A DNA stretch of 64,000 bases. It comes from the human T2T-CHM13v2.0 reference genome, Homo sapiens. Below, one piece after another: positions 26,982 to 61,014 of the stretch. Position 1 is the stretch's first letter. Every line of letters starts with the position of its first letter. Position numbers and translations under genes: made by a program. Below the pieces are notes generated by a model. The model saw nothing but the letters and a program-made list of their open reading frames with translations. It was not told where the DNA came from and made no database searches. Where the stretch lies: NCBI RefSeq assembly GCF_009914755.1, contig NC_060940.1, one strand, 5' to 3'.

Positions 26982-27106
26982 GTATGTTTCTGATCTGGGC
27001 ACTAAAGGAAGCAACAACTGCCCCCACCAGTGAATCAAGACCAGTAGATTCTCTCCAAGTACCGTAGCACACCAAGAGCTGTGTCAGCATGCGACTTAGT
27101 CTCGGC
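26982..27106 (-). ncRNA. SNORA3C: H/ACA snoRNA SNORA3 family retrocopy (SNORA3C)
   Basis: 125 nt, GCCGAGACTAAGTC...H box AGAGAA...ATCAGAAACATAC with ACA 3 nt from the end; closely resembles SNORA3B/ACA3-2, which is hosted in RPL27A. Confidence 0.88.
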
Positions 27107-27814
27107 AGCCTTTCATTTGTTTTACGAATACAGTTTCATTTCCAGAACAAGGAGGAGATCAGTTTTAGGGAGGGATGATTATCATCCTTACTTCAAAGTT
27201 AAACTATAAACTAAATTCCTCCCATGGTTAGCTTGGTCTACACCCAGGAATGAGCGAAGGACAGCCAGCCTGTGAGGCTAGAAGCAAGATGGAGTCAGCC
27301 ACGTTAGGTTTTTCTCATTGATATGTTTGCAAAGGCGGTTTTAAGATTGTCTTTTAATTCATGAACATGGAATGTCTTTTCGTTTACTTAGGTCTTCTTT
27401 AATTTTTTTTTTTTTTAAATTTGAGACGGAGTCTCGCTCTTTTGCCCAGGTTGGAGTGCAGTGGCGTGATCTCAGCTCACTACAACCTCCGCCTCCCGGG
27501 TTCAAGCAGTTCTCTGCCTCAGCCTCCTGAGTAGCTGGGGTTACAGGCACGCGCCACCATGCCCGACTAATTTTTGTATTTTCAGTAGAGACAGGGTGTC
27601 ACCATCTTGGCCAGGCTGGTCTCACACTCCTGACCTCGTGATCCACCCGCCTCGACCTCCCAAAGTGCTGGGATTACAGGCGTGAGCCACCACACCCGGC
27701 TGGGACGGTTTTCTTAATTTCATTTTTGGATTGTTCATTGCTAGTATATAGAAACACAGCTGATTTCTGAGTGTTAATTTTGTATCCTGCAACTGCTGAA
27801 TTTATTAGTTCTAA

Positions 27815-28048
<234 letters not shown>

Positions 28049-28082
28049 TAGCTAGGATGGTCTCGATCTCCTGACCTCGTGA

Positions 28083-28721
<639 letters not shown>

Positions 28722-29058
28722 TAAGGGGACTCCTGGCTCAGGGCCAGGCCCCTGGTGCTGGAGGAGGTGGTGGGTGGAGGGCAGGGGGCACCAAGCGGGC
28801 AGCCAGGACCCCCGGGCTGCAGACAAGAAAAGGACTGTGGGGTCCACCGGGTCTGGGCCACATCAAGGAATGTGGTTGAAGACCCGCCCTTAGGAGCTGA
28901 AAGCCAGGGCGCTACCAGGCCTGAGAGGCCCCAAACAGCCCTTGGGCCTGGTTTGGGAGGATTAAGCTGGAGCTCCCAACCCGCCCTGCCCCCAGGGGGC
29001 GCCCCCGGTCCGGCGCGAGAGGAGGCAGAGGGCGCGCCAGGCCGCGGGAGAGGAGGCC

Positions 29059-35705
<6,647 letters not shown>

Positions 35706-37184
35706 CTCCTGCAGCCATTCTGAGTGCACCAGAAACTGTGAGGCTGCAGTGGGGACCACAGTATTGGCTCACCTCCTCTGGGCTGTGGGCGCTTCAGGGA
35801 CAGGGTTGGGACTGCCTGCTGGATCAGATTCCGGCCCCTTTTGTCTCGTTTGCTAATAAATACGTGTGCATGTTCAAGCTGATGCCTTACAGAGCTTTCT
35901 GTGGACCTAAGGGGTTTCGTGGACAACTCCCTCCTCTTCACTCATGTCCAGTCCAGGCCAAGACCCCACCTGAACTCCTAAATTGTTATCCAGGTTTTTG
36001 TTGCGAACAGCAGCACCCTCTGGTTATTTCCATCGGAAAGATAATTGATGGAAGAGCAGTAGTACTTCAGTGTGTCAGAGGGGTGGGAAGACATGGATTG
36101 GGGGTGCCATGGAGGAAATGCTCCCAGTGCTCCCATCCTAGGGTTCCCAATCACACAAATGCCAGATGTTCCTGATCTTATTTTGGTCACTCCAATGGTT
36201 GACCTAAAACCAGGACATGGGTGCGGTAGTTTATCTGGAAGGTGATCCCAGGAAGCAAAGATGAGAAAGTGGAGAAACCAAGGCAGGAAAGGCACAAATG
36301 CCAATGAATTTGCTCAAACTGGGAGAAATTGGGCCACAATCCTGTGGGGGCTTCAGCATTGGCCCACTGAGGACAAGGACACCAGGAGCGAGTGTTTCTC
36401 TCTTCCCCCTGATGCCACAAGTTGAGGGAGGTCCTTGGGGCATGGTATGATGCCCCAGAGCTCTAGCAGCCCCTAGGTGAGGCTGTGGGCACCCAGGCAG
36501 CTGCTGTAGCAGCACCATAAGGTGGCTGGCATGGGGGAGGGGGGTATGTCTTCCCCTGCCTTGAGGTTCCTGACCCCAGCATCAGCTTGGCCAAGGAACC
36601 AGTCCAACAAGGTAAATGCTGCAGACTCCCTGAACTGGGAAAGCGATCTGCATTTTGCCAAGATCCAAAAATGCTGTGAGCACAAGAAGGTACAAGAAGC
36701 TCTGGCCTAGGCAGCCCCTGATCCCATCCCCACCCCACAGCCCCTGCTCCTTTGAAAATGCAACCACTTGAAGCAAACTCTCCCTGCTCACCATTAGCCT
36801 CCGGAGGAAGGCTGTAGAGGGGCTCTGGTTCCTCAAACCATGGAGGGTGGGCAGTCACAGGTGGTCCCTGCCTACGATGTCCTCCCACCCTTCAGGACCA
36901 CATCACTCACCAGTGGGGGGCTGACCTATTAGCAGGCGGAATTGCCAGTCCTGCCAAATTGTAGAGGGAGTGTCATGATACAGTGGACGTGCTATCCTCC
37001 TACCCTGTGCATGCGTTGGGGTCAGGGGAGGGTCTTCCTGCTGAGGAGACCTGGCCTATCCAGATAGAAGAATACTGAGACTGGAAAAGGGTGAGCAGAT
37101 TCAAAGGTAGGACTGGAGTGGATGTAGCTGGTTCTGAGGGACAGGAGGTGAGTCCAGCGGCCCTTTCTAAGTTTGAGGGTGTTC

Positions 37185-37586
37185 TGCAGGTGAGCAGGTC
37201 TATGCAAACCTATCCTCAAAGGCCAAGGGAGCCAACAGGACAAAGAAAGAGGCTGACAAATCCAGTGTCTAAGGAATAAACATTTAATAGGAACTTACAA
37301 ACTGAAGTGATGTATTGGTTGTCCATGGGATGGTGGATCTCCACACCCTGCAGAAAGTATTCTTTATATCACAAGAATTTTTTTTTTTGGTAAAACAAGT
37401 GCAATTGGTTATGCCTCAGACATTCCAGCAAAATCTTGACCACTGGGGAGATTAGAGAGGCATCTTTATGAGGAGTTATCTGTGTGACAGGGACAGCTTG
37501 GTATGCTGGAGCGAAACATGGTCATCATGGGGTTTTCACTTCAAGATGGCGTCACTCTTGCCATACAAAAGACTGTTTTCCTATAG
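37185..37586 (-). mobile_element. ERV1-type solo LTR (family uncertain)
   Basis: LTR-like composition with an AAGATGGCGTC motif near the end. Confidence 0.45.
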
Positions 37587-37625
37587 GTCTAGGGACATTC
37601 CAGCGGAGTTGAACAAGTAAAGTAG

Positions 37626-37811
<186 letters not shown>

Positions 37812-38429
37812 TAGTAGAGATGGGGTTTTACTATGTTGGCCAGACTGGTCTCGAACTCCTGACCTCATGATCCTCTCACTTTGGCCTCCCAAAGTGCTGG
37901 GATTACAGGTGTGAGCCACTGTGCCCGGCCTAGAGATGGACTTTCACCAGAGGGAATGACTTCAGAGATAAAAGGTGATGTCCACAGCCCAAAGTGGCCC
38001 ATTGTGGGTGTCAGCAGGGCCTCAGGGTTCCATTGCCATATGCTGGCAAGGCAAGAGGAAAGGTGGGGACTAAGAGTAGCTCTGGGATTGGAGGAGCCAA
38101 CTGGAAGGAGAGTGGAGCTGGAGCACCTCGGGGTGGGGTGATGGAATAAGGACAAGGTGTAGCGGCTGCCTGTGAAAGGAGCAGAGGAATGTGGGGAATG
38201 GGCAGGCAGGTTTGGATCTTGGGTAGGAAATCCACATGGGTGGGGGGACAGTCAGAGCCCAGAGGACTCAGAGCTCTTGCTGCCATGGCCAAGCCCTGTT
38301 GGGATGTTGGCATCTGCCCTGCCCAGGACCCCCACCCCCAGGCCACAGGAGACAGAGGCTACACCTCCAGGCATCGAATGAATAGACACCAAGGGTGACG
38401 GGCAGGGAGGGATCTGGAGATTTCGGGGG

Positions 38430-38819
38430 TGTCTTAGTGAATTCTTACGTTGCTATAAAGGAATACCTGAGGCTGGGTAATTTATACAGAGAAGGGGTTT
38501 ATTTGGCTCATGGTTCTGCAGGCTGTGCAAGAAGCATGGCACCAACATGGTGAGGCCTCAAGAAGCTTCCACTCATGGCGGAAGGTGAAGCAGGAGCACA
38601 TGTGTCCCATGGCAAGAGCAGTAGCGAGAGAGATGCCAAACAACCAGCTCTCACATGAACTAACAGAGCAGGAACTCACTCATTACTGCAGGGAGGGCAC
38701 CAAGCCATTCACGAGGGACCCACCCCCATGACCCTAACACCTCCCACCAGGCCCACCTCCAACAGTGAGGCTCCCATTTCACATGAGATTTGGAGGGGAC
38801 AGACATCCAAACCATATCA
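38430..38819 (-). mobile_element. MSTA-type MaLR solo LTR
   Basis: TGTCTTAGT...GCTATAAAGGAATACCTGAGGCTGGGTAATTTAT...CCAAACCATATCA. Confidence 0.85.
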
Positions 38820-39129
38820 CCGGTGCATCAATATGGTCTGTGGTCAGGAAGAGATAGTTAGGCTGGGTCACCTCAAGGAAGAGCAAGAGACGACCAAACA
38901 CAGACGGTGGGACGGGGAGCAAGCAGAAGGAACAGCATGTGCCAGGGCCCTGAGGTGGGAAGGAACCTGGGTGTCTCCACCCTGAAACCAAGGGTAAAAT
39001 AATGACAGCAGCATCTGCGGGGCCAGGCTCTATTGCGAGGGCTGAGCCTGCATTAACTTACTTCTTCCTCACCCTGAGGCTGCTCCCCCGTGAGGCCCCA
39101 ACAATATGGCTCCCAGTGCCTGCCTGCCT

Positions 39130-43696
<4,567 letters not shown>

Positions 43697-44421
43697 TCAA
43701 GACCAGCCTGGATAACATTTTGCTCTACAAAAAATTTAAAATAAAAATGGGCCGGGCGCGGTGGCTCATGCCTGTAATCCCAGCACTTTGGGAGGCCGAG
43801 GTGGGCGGATCACAAGGTCAGGAGTTCGAGACCAGCCTGGCCAACATAGTGAAACCCCGTCTCTACTAAAAATACAAAAATTAGCTGGACGTGGTGGCAC
43901 ACGCCTATAGTCCTAGCTACTCGGGAGGCTGAGGCAGGAGAATCACTTGAACTCGGGAGGCAGAGGCTGCAGCGAGCCGAGATCGCCCCACTGCACATTA
44001 GCCCGGGCGACAGTGAGACTTAGTCTCAAAAAAAAAAAAAATAAAATAAAATAAAAGTAAAAATAAAAACGTAGCTGGGTGTGGTGGCCCGCACCTGTGG
44101 TCCCAGCTACTTGGGAGGATGAGGTAAGAGGATTACATTGAGCCTGGGATGCTGAGGCTGCAGAGAGCCAAGATCTCACCACTGCCCTCCAGCCTGGCCA
44201 ATAGAGGGAGACCCTGTCTCAAAAAATAAAATAAAATAAAATAAAGAAAAAAAGAAAAAGGAAGGAAATTGTGACACATACAGCGATATGGATGAGCCAT
44301 GAAGACACTGTGCTCAGTGAAATAAGCCAGTCACAAAAAACGAACACCGTGTGATTTCACACATATGAAGTACTTAGAGCAGCCAAAAGCGTAGGGACAG
44401 AAAGCAAAACAGAAGTTGCCA

Positions 44422-46523
<2,102 letters not shown>

Positions 46524-46775
46524 TACATTCCCATTTTCACTGATCTGTTCAGTGGTCAATGGATTCTTGGGTTGCTTTCATGTCAGCTACTGTGAATAAT
46601 CCTGCTATGAACATGGGTATACAAATATCTCTTGAAGGCTGGGTGGGGTGGCTCACACCTTCACCCTGGCACTTTGGGAGGCCGCAGAGGGCAGATCACC
46701 TGAGGTCAGAAGTTCAAGACCAGCCTGGCCAACATGGCGAAACCCCATCTCTACTAAAAATACAAAAATTAGCTA

Positions 46776-46931
<156 letters not shown>

Positions 46932-47005
46932 CTAAATCCCCCCAAAAAACCAAAAACAAATATCTCTTGAAGACCTTCCTTTCAGTTCTTTTGGGTGTAT
47001 GCTCA

Positions 47006-47513
<508 letters not shown>

Positions 47514-47841
47514 TCAGGGCCAGGCCCTTGGTGCTGGAGGAGGTTGTAGGTGGAGGACGGGGTCACCAAGAGGGCAGCCGGGACCCCTGGGCTGCAGACA
47601 AGAAAGGGACTGTGGGGTCCACCGGGTCTGGGCCACATCAAGAAGTGTGGTTGAAGACCCGCCCCTAGGGGCTGAAAGCCAGGGCGCTGCCAGGCATGAG
47701 AGGCCCCAAACAGCCCTTGGGCCCAGGAGGGTGAAGCTGGGAGTAGAGGGCAGAGCTCCCACCCCGCCCCGCCCCCAGGGGGCGCCCCGGGCCCGGCGCG
47801 AGAGGAGGCAGAGGGGGCGTCAGGCCGCGGGAGAGGAGGCC

Positions 47842-52178
<4,337 letters not shown>

Positions 52179-53036
52179 GCCTACCTGAGCCCATGCAGCC
52201 TGGGGCCACTGCCAAGTCAGGCCCTGGTTCTCTTCTGTCTTGTTTGGTAATAAACACATTCCAGTTGATGCCTTGCAGGGCATTCTTCAAAAGCAGTGGC
52301 TTCATGGACAGCTCATTCTCTCTTGTGCAGACAGCCTGTCTGTGCCCCTGGCTCACACCCACATCTGTTCTGCACCATAGAACCATCTGGTTATTTCGAT
52401 CAGAAAGAGAATTGTGTGTTGCCCAGGCTGGTCTTGAACGCCTAGGGTGGTCTCGATCCTCCCGCCTCACCCTCCTGAGTAGCTGAAATTATAGACGCAC
52501 ATCATGCTCAGCAATGGAACAGGAGTAGTTCCAGGGTGCCAGGAGCTGGGAAGCCTGGATTGGGGGTGTGTGCATTGGAGGAAACAATCCTGACATCCCT
52601 CACCCCACAAGGATCCGGCACAGAAACGCCAGACATCCTGATCTTACTATGGTTCCCCCAAGGCTGACCTAGGACCAGGACATAGGTGCAGGTAGTTTAT
52701 CTGGGAGGGGATTGCAGGAAATGGGGAAACCGAGGCAGGGAAGGAAGGAACACCAATGAGCTTACACAAACATAGAGGGTACCATTCTAGGCAACTGGGG
52801 TGCAATCCTGTGGGGGCCTCAGCGTTGGCCCACTGAGGACAAGGACACCACGGTGGGCGTTTCTCTCTTGACCACTCCCCCCACCATGTTGAGAGTAGTT
52901 CTGGGGCACGGGATGCCTCAGAGCTGGGGCAGCCCCGAGGTGAGGCTCTGAGCACCCAGAAAGTAGGCAATAATGGTTCCCCTTGTGGGACTCCAGCTGG
53001 CTCCAAGTTCGAAAATCATGGTCCTCCCTTAGCGAT

Positions 53037-53630
53037 GTTTTTATTTTTTTATTTTTATTTTTGCAGTTTATTGCATAAAGGAATTACACTAGTTCAAGTT
53101 AAAAGCAGACCTCAAATGGTTAAATTAGACAAACTGTGAGGTTTTAAAACTTGTAACAAGGGAAAGAAGGGAAATTCTACTCATTACAGGGAAATCCTCA
53201 CTTAAGTTTCAGTGAGCCACAAGTAGTTAAAACCCTTGAACCATCAGCAGATCGTCCTTAGCCAGTCCCACCTCTACAAGGAACTGGCATATGTTCTTGC
53301 GCTGGTCACCCTGTAGCTGAATGACTTCTCCATATTCTGGATGCTCAATTACCGTCCCATTGCAGGGAAATTTCCTCTTAAATGCCTTCACTAGTTGCTT
53401 TTTATTGTAATCCTTAGTGATCGCTTAGACAGTGCTAAGGGTTTTCCTGTCATTTCTCTGTTAAATCCTTGCATGGATGTATTCCTCAGTGCCTGCAGGG
53501 AGCAGGTCATCACTCTTACTTAAATCAGCAAAGGGGTGGAAGAGTGGAGATTCTGGACAGTGGACATACGAGATGACTCCTTTTCCTCAGTGGAAACGGG
53601 CAAAACTCGGGCCAAGGCGCCAACAGCCAC
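53037..53630 (-). pseudogene. EIF1P4: EIF1 processed pseudogene (EIF1P4)
   Basis: Intronless; ATG 53567-53565 to TAA 53229-53227; MSTVQNLHS...CNGTVIEHPEYGEVIQLQGDQRKNICQFLVEVGLAKDD with a frameshift and in-frame stops; EIF1-type 3'UTR, AATAAA and A-tail. Confidence 0.92.
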
Positions 53631-54140
53631 AGATTTCCAGCCAGAAAAACAACACCCCAGAGATCCTGTAACATTACGAAGGCTTTGGAATGTCATATTT
53701 AAATTGTTTATAGATCAGTTTTATCATCTACCTGTAGACTATATTGGACCCTAAATTCTAAGTTCCTCCAATCCAGTTTTCTCCTACGGAATTATTAAAA
53801 CTGGAAGCTGCTCTTTCATAAATGCCCTGCGAGCTAAAACAAAACAACTTAACATAAATATCAAGGGACAAGTATTGTGCCTGATGTGTGGACCGCACAG
53901 AGTTCACCAACCATCCAAGGCCATAACCAGAGACATTTTAACTGCAAAATTGCCGGCTTCATACTGCAGCTTTTCCCAAGACCATCAAAACGAGATTCCG
54001 TATCATGGTGGTCCACTTACCTCTCTTAATGCGCACCTTTCTCCCTTGACAGGATAATGTGTAATTAAAATTTTACAGCCAGTAACTGCTTTGGGTAACT
54101 TAACAGAACTGGACCTAAAAACATGCTTCACTCCACCTAG

Positions 54141-54461
<321 letters not shown>

Positions 54462-55548
54462 TAATTTTTAGTAGAGACGGGGTTTCACTATGTTGGCCAG
54501 GCTGGTCTCAAACTCCTGACCTCTCGATCCACCCGCCTCGGCCTCCCAAAGTGCTAGGATTACAGGCGTGAACCACCATACCTGGCCTAGTTTTTTGTTT
54601 GCTTTTCGTTTGTTTGTTTGTTTGCTTTTGTTTTTTTAAGAGATAGGGTCTCGCTTTGGCACCTAGACTGGAGCCAGTGCAGTGACGTGATCCTAGCTCA
54701 CTGCAACTTTGAAGTCCTGGGCTCCTTCCACCTCAGTCTTCTGAGTAGCTGGGTCTACAGGCCCACACTACCACCACCAGCTAAGTTGTTTAAAGTTATT
54801 TTTTGTAGAGACAAGTTCTCACTTTGTTGTCCAGGCTGGTCTCACGTGGGCAGTTAGCCCCAGACCTCCTGCCAGATGCCCCAGCCCAGCCAGGTGGTCC
54901 AGAATCCATAAATATTTTTTAAACCTGTGAATATACACTTCGAGATTTGTGATTTCGTTGTATGCAAATTGTGCTTCAAACTGGGAAAAGCCCAACCCCC
55001 CAAAAGTCTAGTTAACGATACGCATGTGGAAGTCCCTGAGGGTAAGTGAACTGAGGTCTGCACCTGACGTCTGAGGAAAGAAGATGAACCAATGAGTGGA
55101 CGGAGGGTCCGGGACATGGACAAATGCAGTGACACCCACACAGGAGAATGCTGAGGACTGGAGAGGCAGGGATTGCGTGGGTGTCACTGTCACCTTTTAC
55201 TCTCCAGTATGTCTGAATTTGGGTGGTAAATGTAGGGGAAATGTCTGTTGACTTTGTCCTTGGAGGACAGCTCCCCAGGGCCCATCCTCAGCTTCTGCCA
55301 TCTTGGTCCATCTGGATCGTCCATCCTCGAGTCTGGAAAATTCCAGGCCCTCCACATGGCTTGCTGTGGGGGCTGCAGTCAGGAACTGGCCTCCCGGACC
55401 AGCGACGCCCCCCACAGGGCTACTCCCTCTGCAGCCTCCCAGGGAGGACTCAACCACTCTTGGGAAGGAGATGAGCAACTGACTCAAACCAGTCTGAGGC
55501 TGTTCCAGTGCCTGACACCATCGAGGGCCTCGTCCGGGCCGGTCCTCA

Positions 55549-55929
55549 TGTATTAGTCCATTCTCACGCTGCTAATAAAGACATACCTGAGATTGGGTAT
55601 TTTAGAAAGGAAAGAGGTTTAATTGACTCACAGTTCAGCGTGGCTGGGGAGGCCTCAGGAAACTTACTATTAGGGCAGAAAGGGAAGCAAACACATCCTT
55701 CTTCACATGGTGGCAGCAAGGAGAAGTGCCAAGCAAAAGGGGGGAAATCTCTGTATAAAACCATCAGATCTCGTGAGAATTCACTCTCTATCACGAGAAC
55801 AGCAGCATAGGGGTAACTCACTGCCCACGACTCAATTACCTCCCACCAGGTCCCTCCCACAACATGTGGGAATGATGGGAACTACAATTTAAGATGAGAT
55901 TTGGGCGGGGACACAGCCAAACCGTATCA
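55549..55929 (-). mobile_element. THE1C/D solo LTR
   Basis: TGTATTAGTCCATTCTCACGCTGCTAATAAAGACATACC...CCAAACCGTATCA; 5-bp TSD CCTCA/CCTTA. Confidence 0.88.
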
Positions 55930-56381
55930 CCTTAATAAGACGGACTCGTTTCCCCCCAGCAGACGGCTGGCGGCCGCACACATTGTCTCGCTCCTCCCTC
56001 CCAACAGCCTCAGGTGCTGAGGTGTGCTAGAGGCTTATCTACCGATAGAGAAACCGAGGCTGGGAGTGGCTGCGGGAGGTGCAGTCAGGAACAGGGTCGG
56101 AGTGTGGCGCCGGGCCAGGCCGCTCAGGTCCCTTATCATGGAATCTACCGGGGCAGGTGCGAAGGCTGAGCCCAACATCCTTCCTCCATTCACAGGACAG
56201 GGCCCGAGCAAGTCAGCTGGAGCACAGCCACGGAGGTGGACAGGGTCGGCCCCCGTGGGGCACTTCCTGGCCCCCAGGAGAGGAGGTCAGGAGAGTGGGG
56301 CGAGCCCCAGGTTCTAAGCAGGTGCCTGCCTCAGGAGAGAGTCAGGGGGATGCTAACCAGGTGCTGTGGCTGTCTTTGTCT

Positions 56382-56728
56382 CCCCAAAGTACATATGTGG
56401 AAGCTCTAAGCATATGTGTCAAGAGGTGGGACCTTTGAAAGTAATTAGGTTTAGATGAGGTCATGAGCACAGGACCTCCAGTGATGGGCTAAGGCCCTTA
56501 TAAGAAAAGGAGACCAGGGCTCTCCTCTTCGCCCCTCCCCAGATAAGAGGACACAGTGAGAAGATGGGGGTCTGCTCGCCAGGAAGGAGCCCTCACCAGC
56601 AGCCGCATCGCTCAGCACCTTGATCCTGGACTTCCAGCCTCCAGAGCTGTGAGAAACAAACCTCTATCATCTACCAGCCGCCCACGGCGTGGGATTTGTG
56701 TTACAGCAGCCTGAGCTGACCCAGACGC
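56382..56728 (+). mobile_element. MLT1A-like LTR
   Basis: Typical MLT1 core (GGACTTCCAGCCTCCAGAGCTGTGAGAAA...GTTACAGCAGCC). Confidence 0.75.
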
Positions 56729-56763
56729 CAAGGAGCAACACACGCACCAGGGTAGGCTGGAGA

Positions 56764-58730
<1,967 letters not shown>

Positions 58731-60846
58731 GGGGTGTCACGGGGAGCCCCCTTCCTGACTCTGCCATCCAGCACCACGGACAGGGCTTTGGTGGTTCTTT
58801 GGGAATAGGTATCAACCAGGGGTGGGCGGACGTTTTGTGTGAAGGGCCAGATGGTACAATTTTAGGTTCAGGGGCTGCAGGTCTCTGTCACAGCCATGTG
58901 AGCTTCTGTGCAAGCATGAAGACAGCCACAGGCCACATGCCAATGAGCGCACGGCGGCTGTGGGCCAGTGACGCTTGACTTAATGAACTGGAGCATGGGA
59001 ATTTCAAAGAATTTTCATGGACCACAAGACATCGTTCTTTTGAATGTTTCCTAAGAATATTAACATGTAGGAAGCATTCTTTGCTCATGGGCGAGGCAGA
59101 AACAGGAGGTGGTTGGCTGGGCCATAGTTCGCCACCCCTGGCGCAGGCACCTGGTTCAAGTCGTGAAAGTCCTGCTCCTCCCGCAGCCCCTGCCCACCCT
59201 CATCCCGATGAGACCGGCGTCCCCGTTCCTGGTGAGCCAGCACTTCCAGAGCCAGTCTGTGCATGCACAAAGCCCTTCTTTGCACCCATCTTCCTGGGAA
59301 GCATGTGGGGTCCACACACACTGGTCTTCCAGCCTGTTTCCCTGGGGGATGGGTGTGCAGTGGGAGTGTCCCCCACCCTCTCCACCCAAGTTTTCCACAG
59401 CCAGGGATCCACCACCCGGGCTCTCGGCATCTCCAGGTGGATGCGCCCGTGATTTCTCAGCTTTTGCTCTTTCCAAAAATTAGCGTTGTACACTCTCCCC
59501 CAAGGCATAAAGTCTAAGGCTCAGGGCAACCAGCCCTGGGGGCCTCCCCTCCAGGGAGGCCCTCACAGCACCCTCAGGGGGAGGTTCTGTTGTTATCCGC
59601 AGAACAGAGGCCCAGAGAGGTGAAGCAAGAGCCCGCAGATCCCAGCCCCGCTACGTCAGGAAGCCCGGCTGGACCCACGTCTGGCTCCAGGGTCCTGTGT
59701 TGGTGATCACAGCCCTGTGGCTGTTCCCAGCGGTCACAGGCCCTGAGGAGCTTCAGTCCCTGGAACACACACAAGAGGTGTCCTGAGGACACGCATGGAA
59801 CTGCGCTTGAGCTGCAATCTGTCCCCTAGTTCCCGCCTCGCTTGGGCATCTGACGGCCTTTATCTCTTCTCCCCTGATCCTTATCCGACACCCCAACTCT
59901 TCTGCAGACTCCAGTTCCTTCCCAGTGCCCTGGGTCCTTCAGGGTCCTTGGGATGAGACATCTCCGAACACGAGCTTTTCTCAGCTGGCGTCTGAGGGTG
60001 ATGGCGTTCTGCCCACAGGCATCCGCCTGCACAGGCCTCCCTGACAAGAGGGGCTGAGGGGGAAAGGAGTGAGACAGAAAACCAGCAGGGCCCCGGGGAC
60101 CGAGCCCTGGAGAAGCGCCAGTTCCCGCCCAGATGAGGGCCGACACCTCGGAAGGACCGGCCTGGGGGGTCGCCCTCCCCAGGCCCTCTGCCTCCCATCG
60201 TGGCATGGACTGCACCTTTGGTGTCCTTCCCTCCCATGGCCTCTGAGTCCCTGAACACTGGCTCATACCTGCTCCACCCAGATACAGCACAGAGGAGAGA
60301 CCCGGGCAGCCTCTAAGGGCAGTGCCTTGAGGGCCAGTGCCTGGTGCACCTGCCGCACAGGGCACAGGACACAAAGGGCTGGGTGATCCATTCAGGCTCT
60401 CTCAGGGCCCGCGTCGAGCTCGGCCTGGGTCCCAGGAAGGCTGCCAGGCACCAGGTGCTGCCTGAGTCCGAAGGAGGCCCTGACTCCAGGTCGCCCACGG
60501 CAGGAGTGGGCCCCACGGAGCTTCTGTGGACCCTTGACCCGCCACCCTCAGGTGGAAGCCATCAGGCTGCGCTGGATAAGCCAGCCTCTCCCCACCTCTG
60601 CCATTCAAGTCGGTGCCAGTGCTGACTGGAGAGATCCCAGAGATAACTGTGAAATGCCTGTCACTGTTCTCAGCTTCGTTTATGTAGGCTGCAGAGCCAA
60701 GACAGCAAATACTGCACATCCGGGAGCCTCCCCAAGGCCGGCCCTGGGCCTTCCCCCAGGAAGAGCCCCACGGCCAGCTCCTTCCTGTTCCCCTGGCGGC
60801 CCCTCGCTTCTTCCTTCTGGATGGGGGCCCAGGGGGCCCAGGAGAG

Positions 60847-60853
60847 TATAAAG
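60847..60853 (+). promoter_or_regulatory. ZG16B TATA box
   Basis: TATAAAG about 50 nt upstream of the exon-1 donor GAG|GTAAGG (60901/60902). Confidence 0.8.
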
Positions 60854-61014
60854 GCGATGTGGAGGGTGCCCGGCACAACCAGACGCCCAGTCACAGGCGA
60901 GGTAAGGTGCTTGGCTCCATGGGTGGGGCCCGGCAAGGTCACACTGGCCCTTGCTTTGGAGTCAGGAGGCCTCTCTTCTTCCCACAGAGCCCTGGGATGC
61001 ACCGGCCAGAGGCC

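Larger units (their letters stand above)
26153..27342 (-). mobile_element. LTR8-family solo LTR (host of the snoRNA retrocopy)
   Basis: Minus strand begins AAAACCGCCTTTGCAAA; similar to the 24580-25619 element but inverted. Confidence 0.7.

Noticed and set aside
55350-55450. Minus-strand PWEA...CGG...FLTAA resembling a protease His exon
   Set aside because: Needs several frameshifts, lacks HC and splice sites, and has no supporting neighbouring exons
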